From: Malacoraja senta
Lineage: Eukaryota
NCBI GenBank assembly: GCA_038087875.1
Contig: JAXLNO010000140.1
Span: 62,001 to 126,000, forward strand
DNA length: 64,000 nucleotides
Direction of reading: 5' to 3'
Below, piece by piece: positions 50,075-63,146 of the stretch; the first letter of the stretch is position 1, and each line of letters begins with the position of its first letter. The notes under the pieces are model-generated. The model did no database searches. It was not told the DNA's origin and saw nothing but the letters and a program-made list of their open reading frames with translations. The translations under genes were made by a program, and so were the position numbers.

Positions 50075-50525
50075 GAGAAGGAATGGGTGACGTTTCGGGT
50101 CTAGACCCTTCTTCAGACCGGTTGGGATAGAAAAGAGAGAGAGATAGACGATGTTTTAGAGAGATAAAGAACAGTGAATTAAAGTGATGTCAAAAGTAAC
50201 GATGATACAGGAAACTGGCCATTGTTAGCTACATGTTGGGTGAAGCTGGTGCGACTTGGGTGGGGGAGGGATAGAGAGAGAGGGAAAGCAAGGGTCACTT
50301 GAAGTTAGAGAAATCAATGTTCATACCACTGGGTTCCTCAAATTTGTGTTTAACCTCACTCTGACAATGGAGGAGACCTTGGACAGAAAGGTCTGTGTGG
50401 GCATTGGAAGGAGAATTAAATTGTTCAGCAACCGTGAGAGCAGGTAGGTCCAGGCAGACTGAGCGAAGGTGTTCAGCAAAACGATTGCCCAGTCAACGTT
50501 TAGTCTCGCCGATGTAAAAGAGTCT
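50075..50525 (-). mobile_element. Penelope-like element 3' remnant (GIY-YIG endonuclease)
   Basis: Minus strand reads YIGETKR*LGNRFAEHLRSVC, later ...SGMNIDFSNFK, ending in a hammerhead core. Confidence 0.75.
50087..50119 (-). ncRNA. Minimal hammerhead-ribozyme-like motif (Penelope-associated)
   Basis: GGT CTGAAGA A GGGTCTAGACCC GAAA CGTC ACC: CUGANGA and GAAA boxes, a perfect stem II and a short GGT/ACC stem I. Confidence 0.55.
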
Positions 50526-50533
50526 ATCATTTA

Positions 50534-51849
50534 GACTCCATCATTTACTGAGCTCATGACATAGCAAAGCATCACCTGAGACTTGTCACAGTTCCTCTGC
50601 TGTTCCTCAGCTGGCTTTTGGGAAACCTACAGAATCCGGTCAGAATGAATGCACCTTTCCTATTGAATGCTCTGCCCATGTACCGAGGTACAGTGTCAAG
50701 CTTTGCTTTGCATGCTATATAATCAGATAAGTCTATACAAGCAAACTCAATTCTAGCTTTTTTTCAACGGGGCTTGTATACAAAAACAGGGATATAACGT
50801 TAAGTCTCTATAAGGCTCTGGTCAGGCCACATTTGGAATATTGTGAGCAATTTTGGGCACCATACCTGAGGAAGGATTTGCTGGCTCTGGAGAGGGTTCA
50901 GAGGAGGTTTACAAGAATGATCCCAGGAATGAGTAGGTTAACCTATGATCAGTGTTTATCGGCGCTGGGCCTGTACTCGCTTGAGTTTAGATGAATAAGT
51001 GGGGACCACATTGAAATGTACAGAATAATGAACGGCTTGGATAGAGTGGATGGAGACAGGATGTTTCCACTAGTGGAAGAGTTTAGGACTAGATGTCATA
51101 GCCTCAGAATTAAAGGACGTTAATTTAGGAATGTGTTGAGAATAAATGTATTTAGTCAGAGGGTGGTGAATCTGTGATTTGTTTTGCCACAGAAGGCTGT
51201 GGTGGCCACCAGTGGATATATTTAAGGCAGAGATAGATAGATTCACGATTAGCACAGATGTCAGAGGATATGGGGAGAAGGCAGAAGAAAGACTTGCTGG
51301 GCCGAAAGGCCTAATTCTGCTCCTATTATTATGACCTTATTATAATCAAGTCAATCTCAAGGACAATATGTGGAGTAAAGTGCAGGATACAGATTGCAGA
51401 ATGTATCTCTCAGCATTGTAACACATCAGTTCCAAAGATGCAGTCTATGGGAACATTGAACATTCATGTGTAATTCATGTTTACAGGGATATGGGTCAAA
51501 CACAGGCTGGTAGTACGAGTGTACGGGTCATGGGCATGGAAAGTTGGGCCAGAGGGCCTGTTTCCATGCTGTATGACTCTATGTCTGAAGCCCCCACCCC
51601 CTGCACCAGCTCCTGAGTCACCTACTGATCTGCACTCTTCCTCTTTCTTGTCTCTTGAACACGGGGCACAGGTAGTGCGATCCCTTATCTTCGTGTCTCC
51701 CTCACCCCTCACTCTCAGTCTGAAGAAGAGGCTTGTCCCGCTGAGTTACTCCAGCATTTTGTGTCTACCTTCGGTTTAAATCAGCATCTGCAGTTCCTTC
51801 TTACACAGAGTGAGGTTATAAGACTGGAGTTACTTTTTAACCACCTGTC
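50534..51849 (+). repeat. Left arm of an inverted duplication (partner 63147-63880)
   Basis: 50534-50731 and about 51340-51849 are reverse complements of 63147-63880. A CR1 fragment (about 50750-51340) is present only in this arm. Confidence 0.85.
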
Positions 51850-54800
51850 TCACTCCCTGCCTCATCTCCCTCTCTGCCTGTGTCATTGCTAGTAATATGG
51901 ACTATGAGCTCTGGCTGCTCACCTCCCCCTTTCAGAATAGAAACAAAGAAACACAGAATATAGGCGCAGGACAAGGCCATTCGGCCCTTGAGCCAGCACC
52001 ACCATTCAATATGATCATGGCTGATCATCCAAAATCAGTACCCCGTTCTTGCTTTCTCCCCATCTCCCTTGATTCCGTTAGCCCTAAGAGCTATACCTAA
52101 CACTCTCTTGAATACATCAAGTAAATTGGCCTCCACTGCTTTCTGTGCCAGAGAATTCCACAGATTCACAGCTCTCTGGGTGAGAAAGGTTTTCCTCATC
52201 TCAGTCCTGAATTGCCTTCCCCTTATTCTTAAACTGTGACGCCCCCTGGTTCTGGACTCCCCCAACATCGGGAACATTTCTCTTGCATCAAGCCTGTGCA
52301 ATCCCTTAAGAAACATATATGTATCTTTCATCCTTGCAATTGAGGCAGTGCAGCGTAGGTTCACGCGGTGAAGACTGAGATGAGAAAAAACTTCACCCAG
52401 AGAGTTGTGAATTAGTGGAATTCTCTGCCACAGAAGGCAGCAGAGGCCAATTCACCGGATGCATTTAAAATAGTTAGATAGAGCTCTTGGGGCTAGCGGA
52501 ATCAAGGGGTATGGGGAGAAGGCAGGCACGGGTTACTGATTGTGGATGATCAGCCATGATCGCAATGAGGTTCAGCCACATGGGTGGTCGTCAGAAGAGG
52601 CAGCGGGTAGTGCAGGACTCTCCGTGGCTCTCCCCCTCTCCTACAAGCATTGCCTTCTGCATACTATTGGGGTGACGACCCCTCGGGGGGATATTGCTGC
52701 AGCAGTCGGGACAGTGAGACCAATTCTGGCTCTGTTGGACACAGGGGAGGTGGGGAAATGTGGAGGAGTGGGAAGAGAGTGTGGGGGAGTGTGGGGATAG
52801 AGAGGGGGAGTGGGGAGAGAGTGTGGAGGAGCGTGGGGATAGAGAGGGGGAGTGGGAAGAGAGAGGGGGAGGAGTGTGGGGATAGAGAGGGGGCGTGGGG
52901 AGAGAGAGTGGGAGGAGCAGGCCCGTACGAAGCTTTTCAACAAGGGGGGTGACATGACAGGATTACAAAAAATGTAATGTGAAATAATCTGCGCGCTGCA
53001 TACATCACGAGCGCGAAGCGTGAAGTCCCTCGATGCCGGGGTCCTGGAAGCTCAGGGGTTTTAGATGCTCTCTGATGCATTCTGAGCCTTATTTGGGAGC
53101 ATTTTTGCACCAAATGTATGACCAATATTTTAGAAATTAACAGGAATCAGAGGTAGCTTCTTCACATAGGTGTATGGAACGAGCTGGGTGTATGGAACGA
53201 GCTGCCAGAGGAGGTAGTTGAGGCTGGGACAGGTTTAGATGGATATGGGCCAAACGCGTGTGAGTGGGACTAGTGTAGATGGGACATGTTGGTCGGTGTG
53301 GGCAAGTTGGGCTGAAGGGCCTGTTTCCACACTGCATCATTCTATGACTAAAAAGTTAAGAAGAACAGTGCATGTAGATAAGTAGAGCAGGTTTGACAGA
53401 GGAGTGAAATGTAAAGGCAGAGAGAGGTTTATGGGTGGAAAGGAACATAGGAAAGGAGAGGGGAGGGTGGGCTTGGGCAGATGGGTGAAGGGAAAATAGA
53501 CACAGAGTGCTGGAGTGACTCAGCGGGTCAGGCAGCATCTCTGGAGAACATGGATAGGTGACGTTTCACAGAGTGCTGGAGTAACTCAGCGGGTCATGCA
53601 GCATCTGTGGAGAATATGGATAGGTGACATTTCACAGAGTGCTGGAGTAACTTACTGGGTCAGGCAGCATCTCTGGAGAAAAGGCATAGATCATATTTCA
53701 GGTCAAGACCCTTCTTCAGTAATATTCATGATGTGACATGCATAGACATTCCTGAATGTTACCCAAACCATCGTGAACTACTTTGTGACGGTGCTTGCCC
53801 TCTCCTATAAAGTCTCTGCTGCCTGGGTGAAGCAGGACAGGACACAAGCTTTGGGACACGGTGTGAAGCTGTTGCCGTCTGTCCCAGCCTGGTAAAACCC
53901 TGGATGGAGTGGATGTGGAGAGGATGTTTCCACTAGTGGGAGAGTCTAGGACCAGTGGCCACAGCCTCAGAATTAAAACACGTTCCTTTAGGAAGGAGAT
54001 GAGCAGGAATTTCTTAAGTCAGAGGGTGGTGAACTGTGGAATTCATTGCCACAGAGAGCTGTGGAGGTCAAGTCAATGGACATTTTTCAGGAGGAGATTG
54101 ATAGATTCTTGATTGATACGGGTGTCAGAGGTAATTGGGAGAAGGCAGGAGAATGGGTTTGAGAGGGAAAGATAGATAGTCATAGAGTGATACAGTACGG
54201 AAACAGGCCCTTCGGCCTAGCATGTCTCATCTACACTAGTCCCACCTGCCCATGTTTGATCCATATCCCTCGGAACCTGTCCTATCCATGTAACTGTCTA
54301 ACTGTTTCTTAAATGTTGCGATAGTCCCTGCCTCAACTACCTCCTCTGGCAGCTTGTTCCATGCACCTACCACCCTTTGTGTGAAAATGATACCCCTCAG
54401 ATTTCTATTAAATCTTTTCCCCTTCACCTTAACCTTATATCCTCTGCTCCTCGATTCACCTACTCTGTGCAAAAGACTCAACCATATCTATTCAAATCAT
54501 GATTTTATACACCTCTATTAGATCATCCCTCATCCTCCTGTGCTCCATGAAATAGAGCCCCAGCCTACTCAACCTCTCGCTATAGCTCTGGCCCTCTAGG
54601 CCTGGCAACATCCTCGTAAATCTTCTCTGTACCCTTTCCAGTTTGATGACATCTTTCCTATAACATGGTGCCCAGAACTGAACACAATACTCTGAAGGCG
54701 GCCTCACCAACTTCTTATGCAACTGGTGCATGACCTCCCAACTTCTATACTCGGCCTGACCCACTGAGTTACTCCAGCACTCTGTGAAAAGTCATAGAAC

Positions 54801-56444
54801 AGGGCAAGATTAGCAAGTTTACTAATGAATCGAGGACCAGAGAACATTGGTTCAAGGTGAAGGGGAAAATAATTAATAGGAATCCAAGGGGTAACTTTGA
54901 CACACAAAGGGTGGTAGGTGTATGGAACGAGCTGCCAGAGGAGGTGGTTGAGGTTGGGACTATTCCATCATTTAAGAAACAATTAGACAGGTACGTGGAC
55001 AGGACAGATTTGGAGGGATATGGACCAAACGCAGGCAAGTGGGACTAGTGTAGCTGGGACATTATTAGCCGGTGTGGGCAAGTTGGGCCGGAGGGCCTGT
55101 TTCCACACTGTGTCACTCTATGACTCTATCCATGTTCTCCAGAGATGCTGCCTGACCCGCTGAGTTACTCCACACTTTGTGTCTATTTTCCCTTCACCCA
55201 GGCTTTGTTTGAGGCTGGAGCAGGTGGGAACACCAGGGAGGCGATGGCGTCTAGAGAATGGATCTGATTTTCAACTAAAGCAGAGTGGTGTGCTAACCCC
55301 AAGGCTCTGGTTGAGTTGATGAAGAGTGTGTAGAGTTGGCGTTGGGATAGGGACTGGCAGGGCGTTGAGCTCTGCCTTCAGCTTGGTGGCAGTCCAGTGC
55401 CTGGGTGCCGGGGGCTGTATGTTGGGCCAGGGGCGGAGTAGCCGGGCGGGTGTAGGGGTGACCGCCGTGTGAAGGGCAGCTTCCTGCCCGTTCTCCGGTG
55501 CCCTGGAGCCAGCTCTCCGCTCTCTGTCTCCTCGGTGGCTCTTCATGGACGGGCTCCTCTGGTCAATCAGTCAAAAAGTCAACAACATAAGGAGTAAAAA
55601 CGGGTTAATTGAGACCTGGAGTGAAAGTGCTGTGGACCTGACAAGCTATAACTAGACGTGAGACGGTGGGACATGGGAGACAATTTAAACCATGGTGACG
55701 TGAGGCAGCGGCAGCAATAATACATGATTTTAATTGCCGCTAATGAGCTGAAGGGAACGGTGCAGGAGGTGACATTTCCAGCTCAGCCACATGTCCAATA
55801 GGTAAACGTGACATCATCACATCATGTACCCTGACTCACTTCATCTTCTTTCTGTGACCGGTTGTTAGCTGTAGTGGTGGCTGGGGCTGTGGCCGTGTCC
55901 TACCCCAACCCAAACCCTAACCACACTCAATATTCCGTTGTCACCTCATTGCTACTGAGGTAGAGGCACACCTCAAAAATCCCAGTGTGTAAAACCTACA
56001 AAAGTTTCCCGAAACACCAATTTGTTTTTACTCTGTGGAAAAAAGGGGGGTGCGACTGCACCTATTGCACCCCCTCCACCCCCCCACACCCCCCACCCCC
56101 CCACCCCCTTCGGACGGTCATATAAATAAAGCACCTTCACCAGTTTTGGGACCTCCACTGATTACAAGATACCTTTATACAGCAATGATGTTAAGGATCA
56201 TGGCATTAATTGAATGTTTTGCACATATTTGACCTCCTAAACTGCAACGTTTCACACTTGCTCAGAATGAACTCCATCTGCTATTTTCCCCCCACGCCCC
56301 CATTTCTGATCCTGATCAAAATGGTACTGTTTACTGAGACAGACTCCCTCGCATTCCACAAGCCCAGTAAACAAGTACTTTGGTTCTTCATTAAGCAAGA
56401 CACAAACAAACTCCCAGAAATACTAGGGGACCGAGGATCTAGCG

Positions 56445-57300
56445 CAGGGGTCAGCAACCTATTTACCACAGAGGCCAGGACCCATGTATGGCGGGCCACA
56501 TCTATCGCCATAGTTAATAAATTAGTTGTAGCGCCCTGGTCGCCTGTGAGCCCCGGGACTGGCTGTAGTTCCCAGGTTACCTGTGAGCCCTGGAACTGGT
56601 TGTAGTTCCCAGGTCACCTGTGAGCCCCGGGACTGGCTGCAGTTCCCAGGTCACCTGTGAGCCCCGGGACTGGCTGCAGTTCCCAGGTCGCCTGTGAGCC
56701 CTGGGACTGGCTGCAGTTCCCAGGTCGCCTGTGAGCCCCGGGACTGGCTGCAGTTCCCAGGTCGCCTGTGAGCCCCGGGACTGGCTGTTGAACCCAGGTC
56801 ACCTGTGAGCCCCGGGACTGGCTGCAGTTCACAGGTCACCTGTGAGCCCCGGGACTGGCTGTTGAACCCAGGTCACCTGTGAGCCCCGGGACTGGCTGCA
56901 GTTCCCAGGTTGCCTGTGAGCCCCGGGACTGGCTGCAGTTCCCAGGTTGCCTGTGAGCCCTGGGACTGGCTGCAGTTCCCAGGTCACATGTGAGCCCCGG
57001 GACTGGCTGCAGTTCCCAGGTTGCCTGTGAGCCCCGGGACTGGCTGCAGTTCCCAGGTCGCCTGTGAGCCCCGGGACTGGCTGCAGTTCCCAGGTCGCCT
57101 GTGAGCCCCGGGACTGGCTGTTGAACCCAGGTCACCTGTGAGCCCTGGGACTGGTTGTCCCACCCAGGTCACCTGTGAGCCCCGGGACTGGTTGTCCCAC
57201 CCAGGACGAGAAAACGAATTGAAAAAAACCCGCCTGCGCGCCAGATGATTTTGGTTTACGGGACGGAAACAGCCCGTGCGCCGTTGGTTGCCGATCCCTG
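56445..57300. mobile_element. Non-autonomous hAT (Charlie-like) element
   Basis: TIRs caggggtcagcaacc / ggttgccgatccctg. 8-bp TSD atctagcg (56437-56444) / atctagcc (57301-57308). Inserted in a CR1 ORF2 fragment. Confidence 0.85.
56540..57205. repeat. 37-bp minisatellite (about 18 copies)
   Basis: Head-to-tail unit cctgtgagccccgggactggctgcagttcccaggtc(a/g). Confidence 0.95.
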
Positions 57301-57529
57301 ATCTAGCCGGAGAGAGGAACTGAAAAATATCCACATCAGGCAGGAAATGATGTTCGGTAAACTGTTGAGACTGAAGGCAGATAAATCCCCAGGGCCTGAT
57401 GGTCTGCATCCCAGAGTACTCAATGAGGTGCCCCTAGAAATTGTGGATGCATTGGTGATCATTTCCAATGTTCTATAAACTCTGGATCAGTTCCCGTGGA
57501 CTGGAGGATAGTTGCTTGATGCTCGAATC

Positions 57530-58140
57530 TCCCCTACCTCTCCCCACAACCCCCTCCACCCACCCTCCCTCGCCTCCTACCCTCTCCCCACACACACCCC
57601 CTCTCCTTCTTCCTGCTCCCCGTCCCACTCCCGCACCTTCTCACACTCTCTCTCCTACTTCTCCCCCTCCAACTCTCCTCCTCCACCTCCATCTCCCCTC
57701 CATCTTCCCTCCCTCTCCCCCCTCCAACCCTTGGTCCCCCCATCCCCTTGCGCTCCCCACTTCCCTTCTCCTGCCCACCTTCTCCTCCCCTTCCCCATCT
57801 CCCCTTCCCACCCCCTTCTCTTCCCTCCCTCATCTTCCTCTCGACTTCCTTTCCCCCTCTACCTCTCCTCTTCCTCTCCCCCTGCCTCCATCCCCCTTGC
57901 TCTCCATTTACCCTCATCCACCTTCTCCGCCTTCCTCCCTCTCGCCCACCCTGTCCCCCGAACTCCCTCCCCAACTCCTCTCCCTCTGACCCTACCCCTC
58001 CTTTCCCCACACTGGCTCTCCCCCCTCCCCCTGGCACTCCCTCCCTCCCACTCCCATCCCTCAGGCCCGACCTCTGCCCCTCCCACTCCTTCCACCCCTC
58101 CTTCTGACCCACACTCTTCCCTCCGCCCTATCCCATCGGC
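57530..58140. repeat. Polypyrimidine low-complexity tract
   Basis: About 600 nt of mostly C/T; polypurine tracts lie nearby at 52740-52915 and 58590-58780. Confidence 0.85.
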
Positions 58141-58779
58141 TCAGTCCCCATTCCCAGCAGAGGTTCAGCCACATGGATGGCCATCAGAAGAGGCAGCGGG
58201 TAGTGCAGGACTCTCCGTGGCTCTCCCCCTCTCCGACAAGCACTGCCTTCTGCATACTATTGGGGTGACGGCCCATCGGGGGAATATTGCAGCAGCAGTC
58301 GGGTCAGTGAGACCAATTCTGTCTCTGTTAAACAACAGGGGATGTGGGGGAGTGTGGGGAGAGAGAGTGGGAGTTGTCATGATGATGAGTTATGATAATG
58401 ATATGCAAATATCTTGCCCTTTGTATCAGCTGACGTGAAGGACAGATCGGGTGAGCGCTGTGTAAGCAGGGTGTGGGTAGGAGGCCATGGCCCGGGGAGA
58501 TAATAAACACAGAGACAAAGGAATGTGACCTGTAAATATTGTGTCAGTATTATTATTCCACATCTTAGGCGAAGATGTGACAGGTGTGTGGGGATAGAGA
58601 GGGGGAGGAGTGAGGGGGAGAGGGTGGGGTGTGGGGAGAGAGAATGGGAGAAGTGTGGGAAGAGAGATTGGGAGTAGTGTGGGGAGAGAGAAGTAGTTTG
58701 TAGAGAAATGTTAGGAGCGTCTGGAGAGAGGGGTTGTGTGAGGAAAGAGAGGGAGTGCGGAGAGAGAGGGTGGGAGGGT

Positions 58780-61700
58780 AGAAAATAGGTGCAGGAGGCC
58801 ATTCGGCCCTTCGAGCCAGCACCGCCTTTCATTGTGATGGCTGATCATCTACAATCAGTAACCAGTGCCTGCCTTCTCCCCACATCCTTTGATTCCGCTA
58901 GCCCCAAGAGCTCTATCTAACTCTCTTTTAAATGCATCCGGTGAATTGGCCTCTACTGCCTTCAGTGGCAGAGAATTCCACAAATTCACAACTCTCTGGG
59001 TGAAAAAGTTGTTTCTCATCTCAGTTTTAAATGGCCTCCCATTTATTCTTTGACTGTGGCCCCTGGTTTTGGACTCACCCAACATTGGGAACATTTTTCC
59101 TGCATCTAGCTTGTCCAGTCCTTTTATAATTTTATATGTTTCTATAAGATCCCCTCTCATCTTTCTAAATTCCAGTGAATACAAACCCAGTCTTTCCAAT
59201 CTTTCTTCATATGACAGTCCCGCTATCCCAGGGATTAACCTGGTGAACCGACGCTGCACTACCTCAATAGCAAGGATGTCCTCAACTGCACACATCACCC
59301 CAGATGTGGTCTCGTTTCACTTCCCTTTTCCCTAATCTGACACTATTGAGATAACAATCTGCCCCCTTGTTCTTGCCGCCAAAGTGAATAACCTCACATT
59401 TATCTGTATTATACTGCATTTGCCATGCATCCGCCCACTCACGTAACTTATCCAAATCACCCTGCAACCTCCTCGCATCCTCTTCACAGATCACACTGCC
59501 ACTCAGCTTTGTGTCATCTGCAAATTTGCTAGTGTTACTTTTAATCCCATCATCTAAACCATTAATATATATTGTAAATAGTTGCGGCCTCAGCACTGAG
59601 CCTTGCGGCACTCCACTTGCCATGGCCTGCCATTCTGACAGGGACCCGTTTATTCCTATGCTTTGTTTCCTGTCTGCCAACCAATTCTCTATCCATGTCA
59701 ATACCCCTAATACCATGTGCTCTCATTTTGCCCACTAATCTCCTGTGTGGGACTTTATCAAACGCTTTCTGAAAGTCCAGAGACACTACATCCACTGGCT
59801 CTCCTTCATCCATTTTACTTGTCACATCCTCAAAAAATTCCAGAAGATTAGTCAAGCAGGAATTCCCCATCATAAGTCCATGCTAACTGGGACCAATTCT
59901 TTTACTGCTATCCAAATGCACCGTTATTACTTATTTAATGATTGACTTCAGCATCTTCCCCACCACCGATGTCAGGCTAACTGGTTTATAATTCCTCATT
60001 TTCTCTCTCGCTCCTTTCTTGATAACATTAGCTACCCTCTAATCCACCGGAACTGATCCTGAATCTATAGAACATTTGGAAAATGATCACCAATGTTTCC
60101 ACAATTTCCAGAGCCACCTCCTTAAGTACCCTGGGATGCAGACCATCAGGCCCTGGGGATTTATCAGCCTTCACTCCCATCAGTCTACCCAATATGGGAG
60201 GTACACAAAAATGCTGCAGAAACTCAGCGGGTGCAGCAGCATCTATGGAGCGAAGGAGATAGGCAACGTTTCGGGCCAAAACCCTACCAGCTCAAGTCTA
60301 CCCAATATTATTTCTCGCCTAATGCAAATTTCTTTCTGTTACTCTGCATCCCGAGATCCTCCGTCCTCTAGTACATCTGGGAGATTGTGTGTGTCTTCCT
60401 TAGTGAAGACAGAACCAAAGTACCTGTTCAACTCTTCTGCCATTTCCTTGTTCCCCACAATAATTTCACCCGTATGCCTTTAAGGGACCCACATTTGACT
60501 TTGCTACTATTTTTCCCTTAACATAACTAAAGAAGCTTTTATTGTCCTTCATTAATTCCTGGCCAGCTTCCCTTCGTACTTCATCTTCTCAGCACGTATA
60601 GCCCGTTTTGATTCCTTCTCTTGCCCTATGAAAGTTTCCCAATCCTCTGGCTTCCCATTACTCTTTGTGTTATACATCTTTTCTGTGTTATACATCTTTT
60701 CTTTTAGTTTTATTCCATCCCTAACTTCCCTTGTGAGCCATTTCTCTTACTCCCCTTAGAATCTTTCTTCCTCTTTGGAATGAAATGATCCTGCATCTTT
60801 TGGATTATGCCCAGAAATTCCTGCCATTGCTGTTCCACCGTCATTGCTGCTTGGATCATTTCCCAGTCGAGCTTGGCCAGCTCCTCTCTCATGCCTTCAT
60901 AGTCCACTGTGTTCAACTGCATCACTGCCACTTCTGATTTAACGTTCTCCTTCTCAAATTGCACATTAAAACTAATCATATTATGATCACTACCTCCAAG
61001 CAGTTCCTTTACCTCGAATTCTCTTATCATATCTGGTTCATTGGACAAAACTAAATCTGGAATTGCCTTTTTTCTGGTCGGCTCCATTACAAGCTGCTCC
61101 AAGAATCCATCTCGGAGACATTCTACAAACTCACTTTCTTGGGGTCCTGAACCAACCTGATTTTCCCAGTCTACCTGCATATTGAAATCCCCCATCACCA
61201 CAGTGGCATTACCTTTGTTACATGCCAGTTTTAACTCCTGCTGCAACTTACACCCTCCATCCGGACTACTATTTGGGAGTCTGTAGATAACATGTTATCT
61301 ACACCTCTGCACATCGATGGAGCTGATGTGGAAAGGGTCAACAGCGTGAAGTTGCTAGGACTCCACCTGTCAGATGACCTGACGTCCACGACCAACACCA
61401 CAGCACTGGTCAAGAGAGCCCAGCAGCGACTACACCCTCTCCGAAGACTACGTAAAGCAGGTCTCACCACTACACACCTACGAACTTTTTATAGGGGGAC
61501 AATCGAGAGCACATTAACCTACGGCATCACTTCCTGGTTCGGGAGCTGCAAGGTGTACGAACGGCACCAACTAGACAGGATTGTGAAGACCGCCAGCAGG
61601 ATTATTGGTGCTCCACTCCCTTTCCTGCTGGACATATACAGGAAGAGATGTATCAGCAGAGCCATCTCCATCATCAAAGACCCCTACCACCCATCGCATC

Positions 61701-63015
61701 ACATATTCTCCATCCTGCCATCTGGGAAGAGGTACCGGAGCATTAGGTGCAAAACCAGCAGGATGCTCCTCAGCTTCTTCCCGCAGGTTATAAGAATGAT
61801 AAACGGACTTTGCCCCCTGCCAAAGTATCGTGCACCAACCACCAACCTGGACACACTGCAGCAGAGCCACTGTCGTGCCGCTGCCGATCGGAACGCCTGT
61901 TGATGTTTAGTAGAGAGTAGAGTGTTAATTTGTTCATGATATATGTATTTTTACTTCTATTTATTTTTTACTGCACACTGAAATGGACACTGGTTGAGGA
62001 ACGTTTTTTTGTTTCCTCTGGGTATGCGAATACTCAGGAAATGACAATAAAGATATACAATACAATACAATACAATTACACCAATTAATGTCTTCTTGCC
62101 TTTACAATTCCTCAACTCAATCCACAGTGACTCTACCTCGTCAGTCCCTATGTCTTCCCTCGCAAGGGACTGAATTCCATCCCTCACCAGCAGAGCTACC
62201 CCCCCTCCTCTGCCCACTTGCCTGTCCTTTCTATAGGATGTATAACCCTGAATATTAAGTTCCCAGGCCCGATCCTTCTGCAGCCACGTCTCAGTAATCC
62301 CCACAATGTCAAATCTACCAACCTCTAACTGAACCTCAAGCTCATCTACTTTACTTCTTATACTTCGCGCATTCATATACAATATTTTTAATTCCTTACG
62401 CATCTCACCTTTCACATCGATCCCTATTACACTTGGGCATACTCTCCTATCCCTTTGTGAGCTTCCTTTCCCGTTAATTCTGGGGTCATTAACCATCCCT
62501 TTACTCTCTTTCCCTTTAACTCCATCCTCGACTATCCCATTTGACACCCCACCCCCCTTATTCAGATTAAAACCACCCGTGTAGCAGTGGCAAACCTGCC
62601 TGCCAGAATGCTGGTCCCCCACCTGTCAAGATGCAATCCGTCCCCTTTGTACAGTTCCCCCTTACTCCAAAACAGATCACAGTGATCTAACAATCTAAAT
62701 CCCTGCCCCCTACACCAGTTCCCCAGCCACACATTCAGGTCCCGATAACAACCCTGGAGGTCCTGCTTTTCAGCATTTTTCCAAGCTCTCTAAAGTCACG
62801 CTGCAGAATATTCATCCCATTCTTTCGGACATCGTTTGTGCCGACATGCACTGCCACTTCCAGCTGTTCACCTTCGCCCTTGAGGATTTTCTGCACTCTG
62901 TCCGTGACATCCTGGATCCTGGCAACAGGAAGGCAGCACACCATCCTCGAATCACGTCTGTTCCTGCAGAAACCCATGTCCGTACCTCTCACAATGGAGT
63001 CTCCAACTACAATGG
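58780..63015 (-). mobile_element. Near full-length decayed CR1 LINE
   Basis: ORF1 esterase remnant 62735-63015 (GDSIVRG, HVGTND); APE 62080-62400 and 60710-61290; RT 58855-60200; 3' UTR at about 58780. Interrupted by Rex1 and by a Penelope-derived fragment (about 60200-60290). Confidence 0.9.
61300..62075 (+). mobile_element. 5'-truncated Rex1/Babar LINE, same subfamily as 3765-7006
   Basis: Near-identical protein ([17 protein letters not shown]...RAAADRNAC), 3' UTR and (TACAA)n tail. Confidence 0.92.
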
Positions 63016-63146
63016 CGTACAGGTGTAAGAAGGTATGGTGAGAAGCCAAGAGTTAGGAGTGTGAGATAGATCAGCCATGGTTGAATGGTGGAGTAGACTT
63101 GATGGGCCGAATGGCCTCATTCTACTCAAATTCCCGATGAACTTAT

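Noticed and set aside
56540..57205. 37-bp repeat array as a CRISPR array
   Set aside because: Units are head-to-tail with no unique spacers, there are no cas genes, and the context is eukaryotic and inside a hAT element.
57468..58438. Pro/Ser-rich ORFs of 173-308 aa
   Set aside because: Translation of a polypyrimidine tract; no domain or splice structure.
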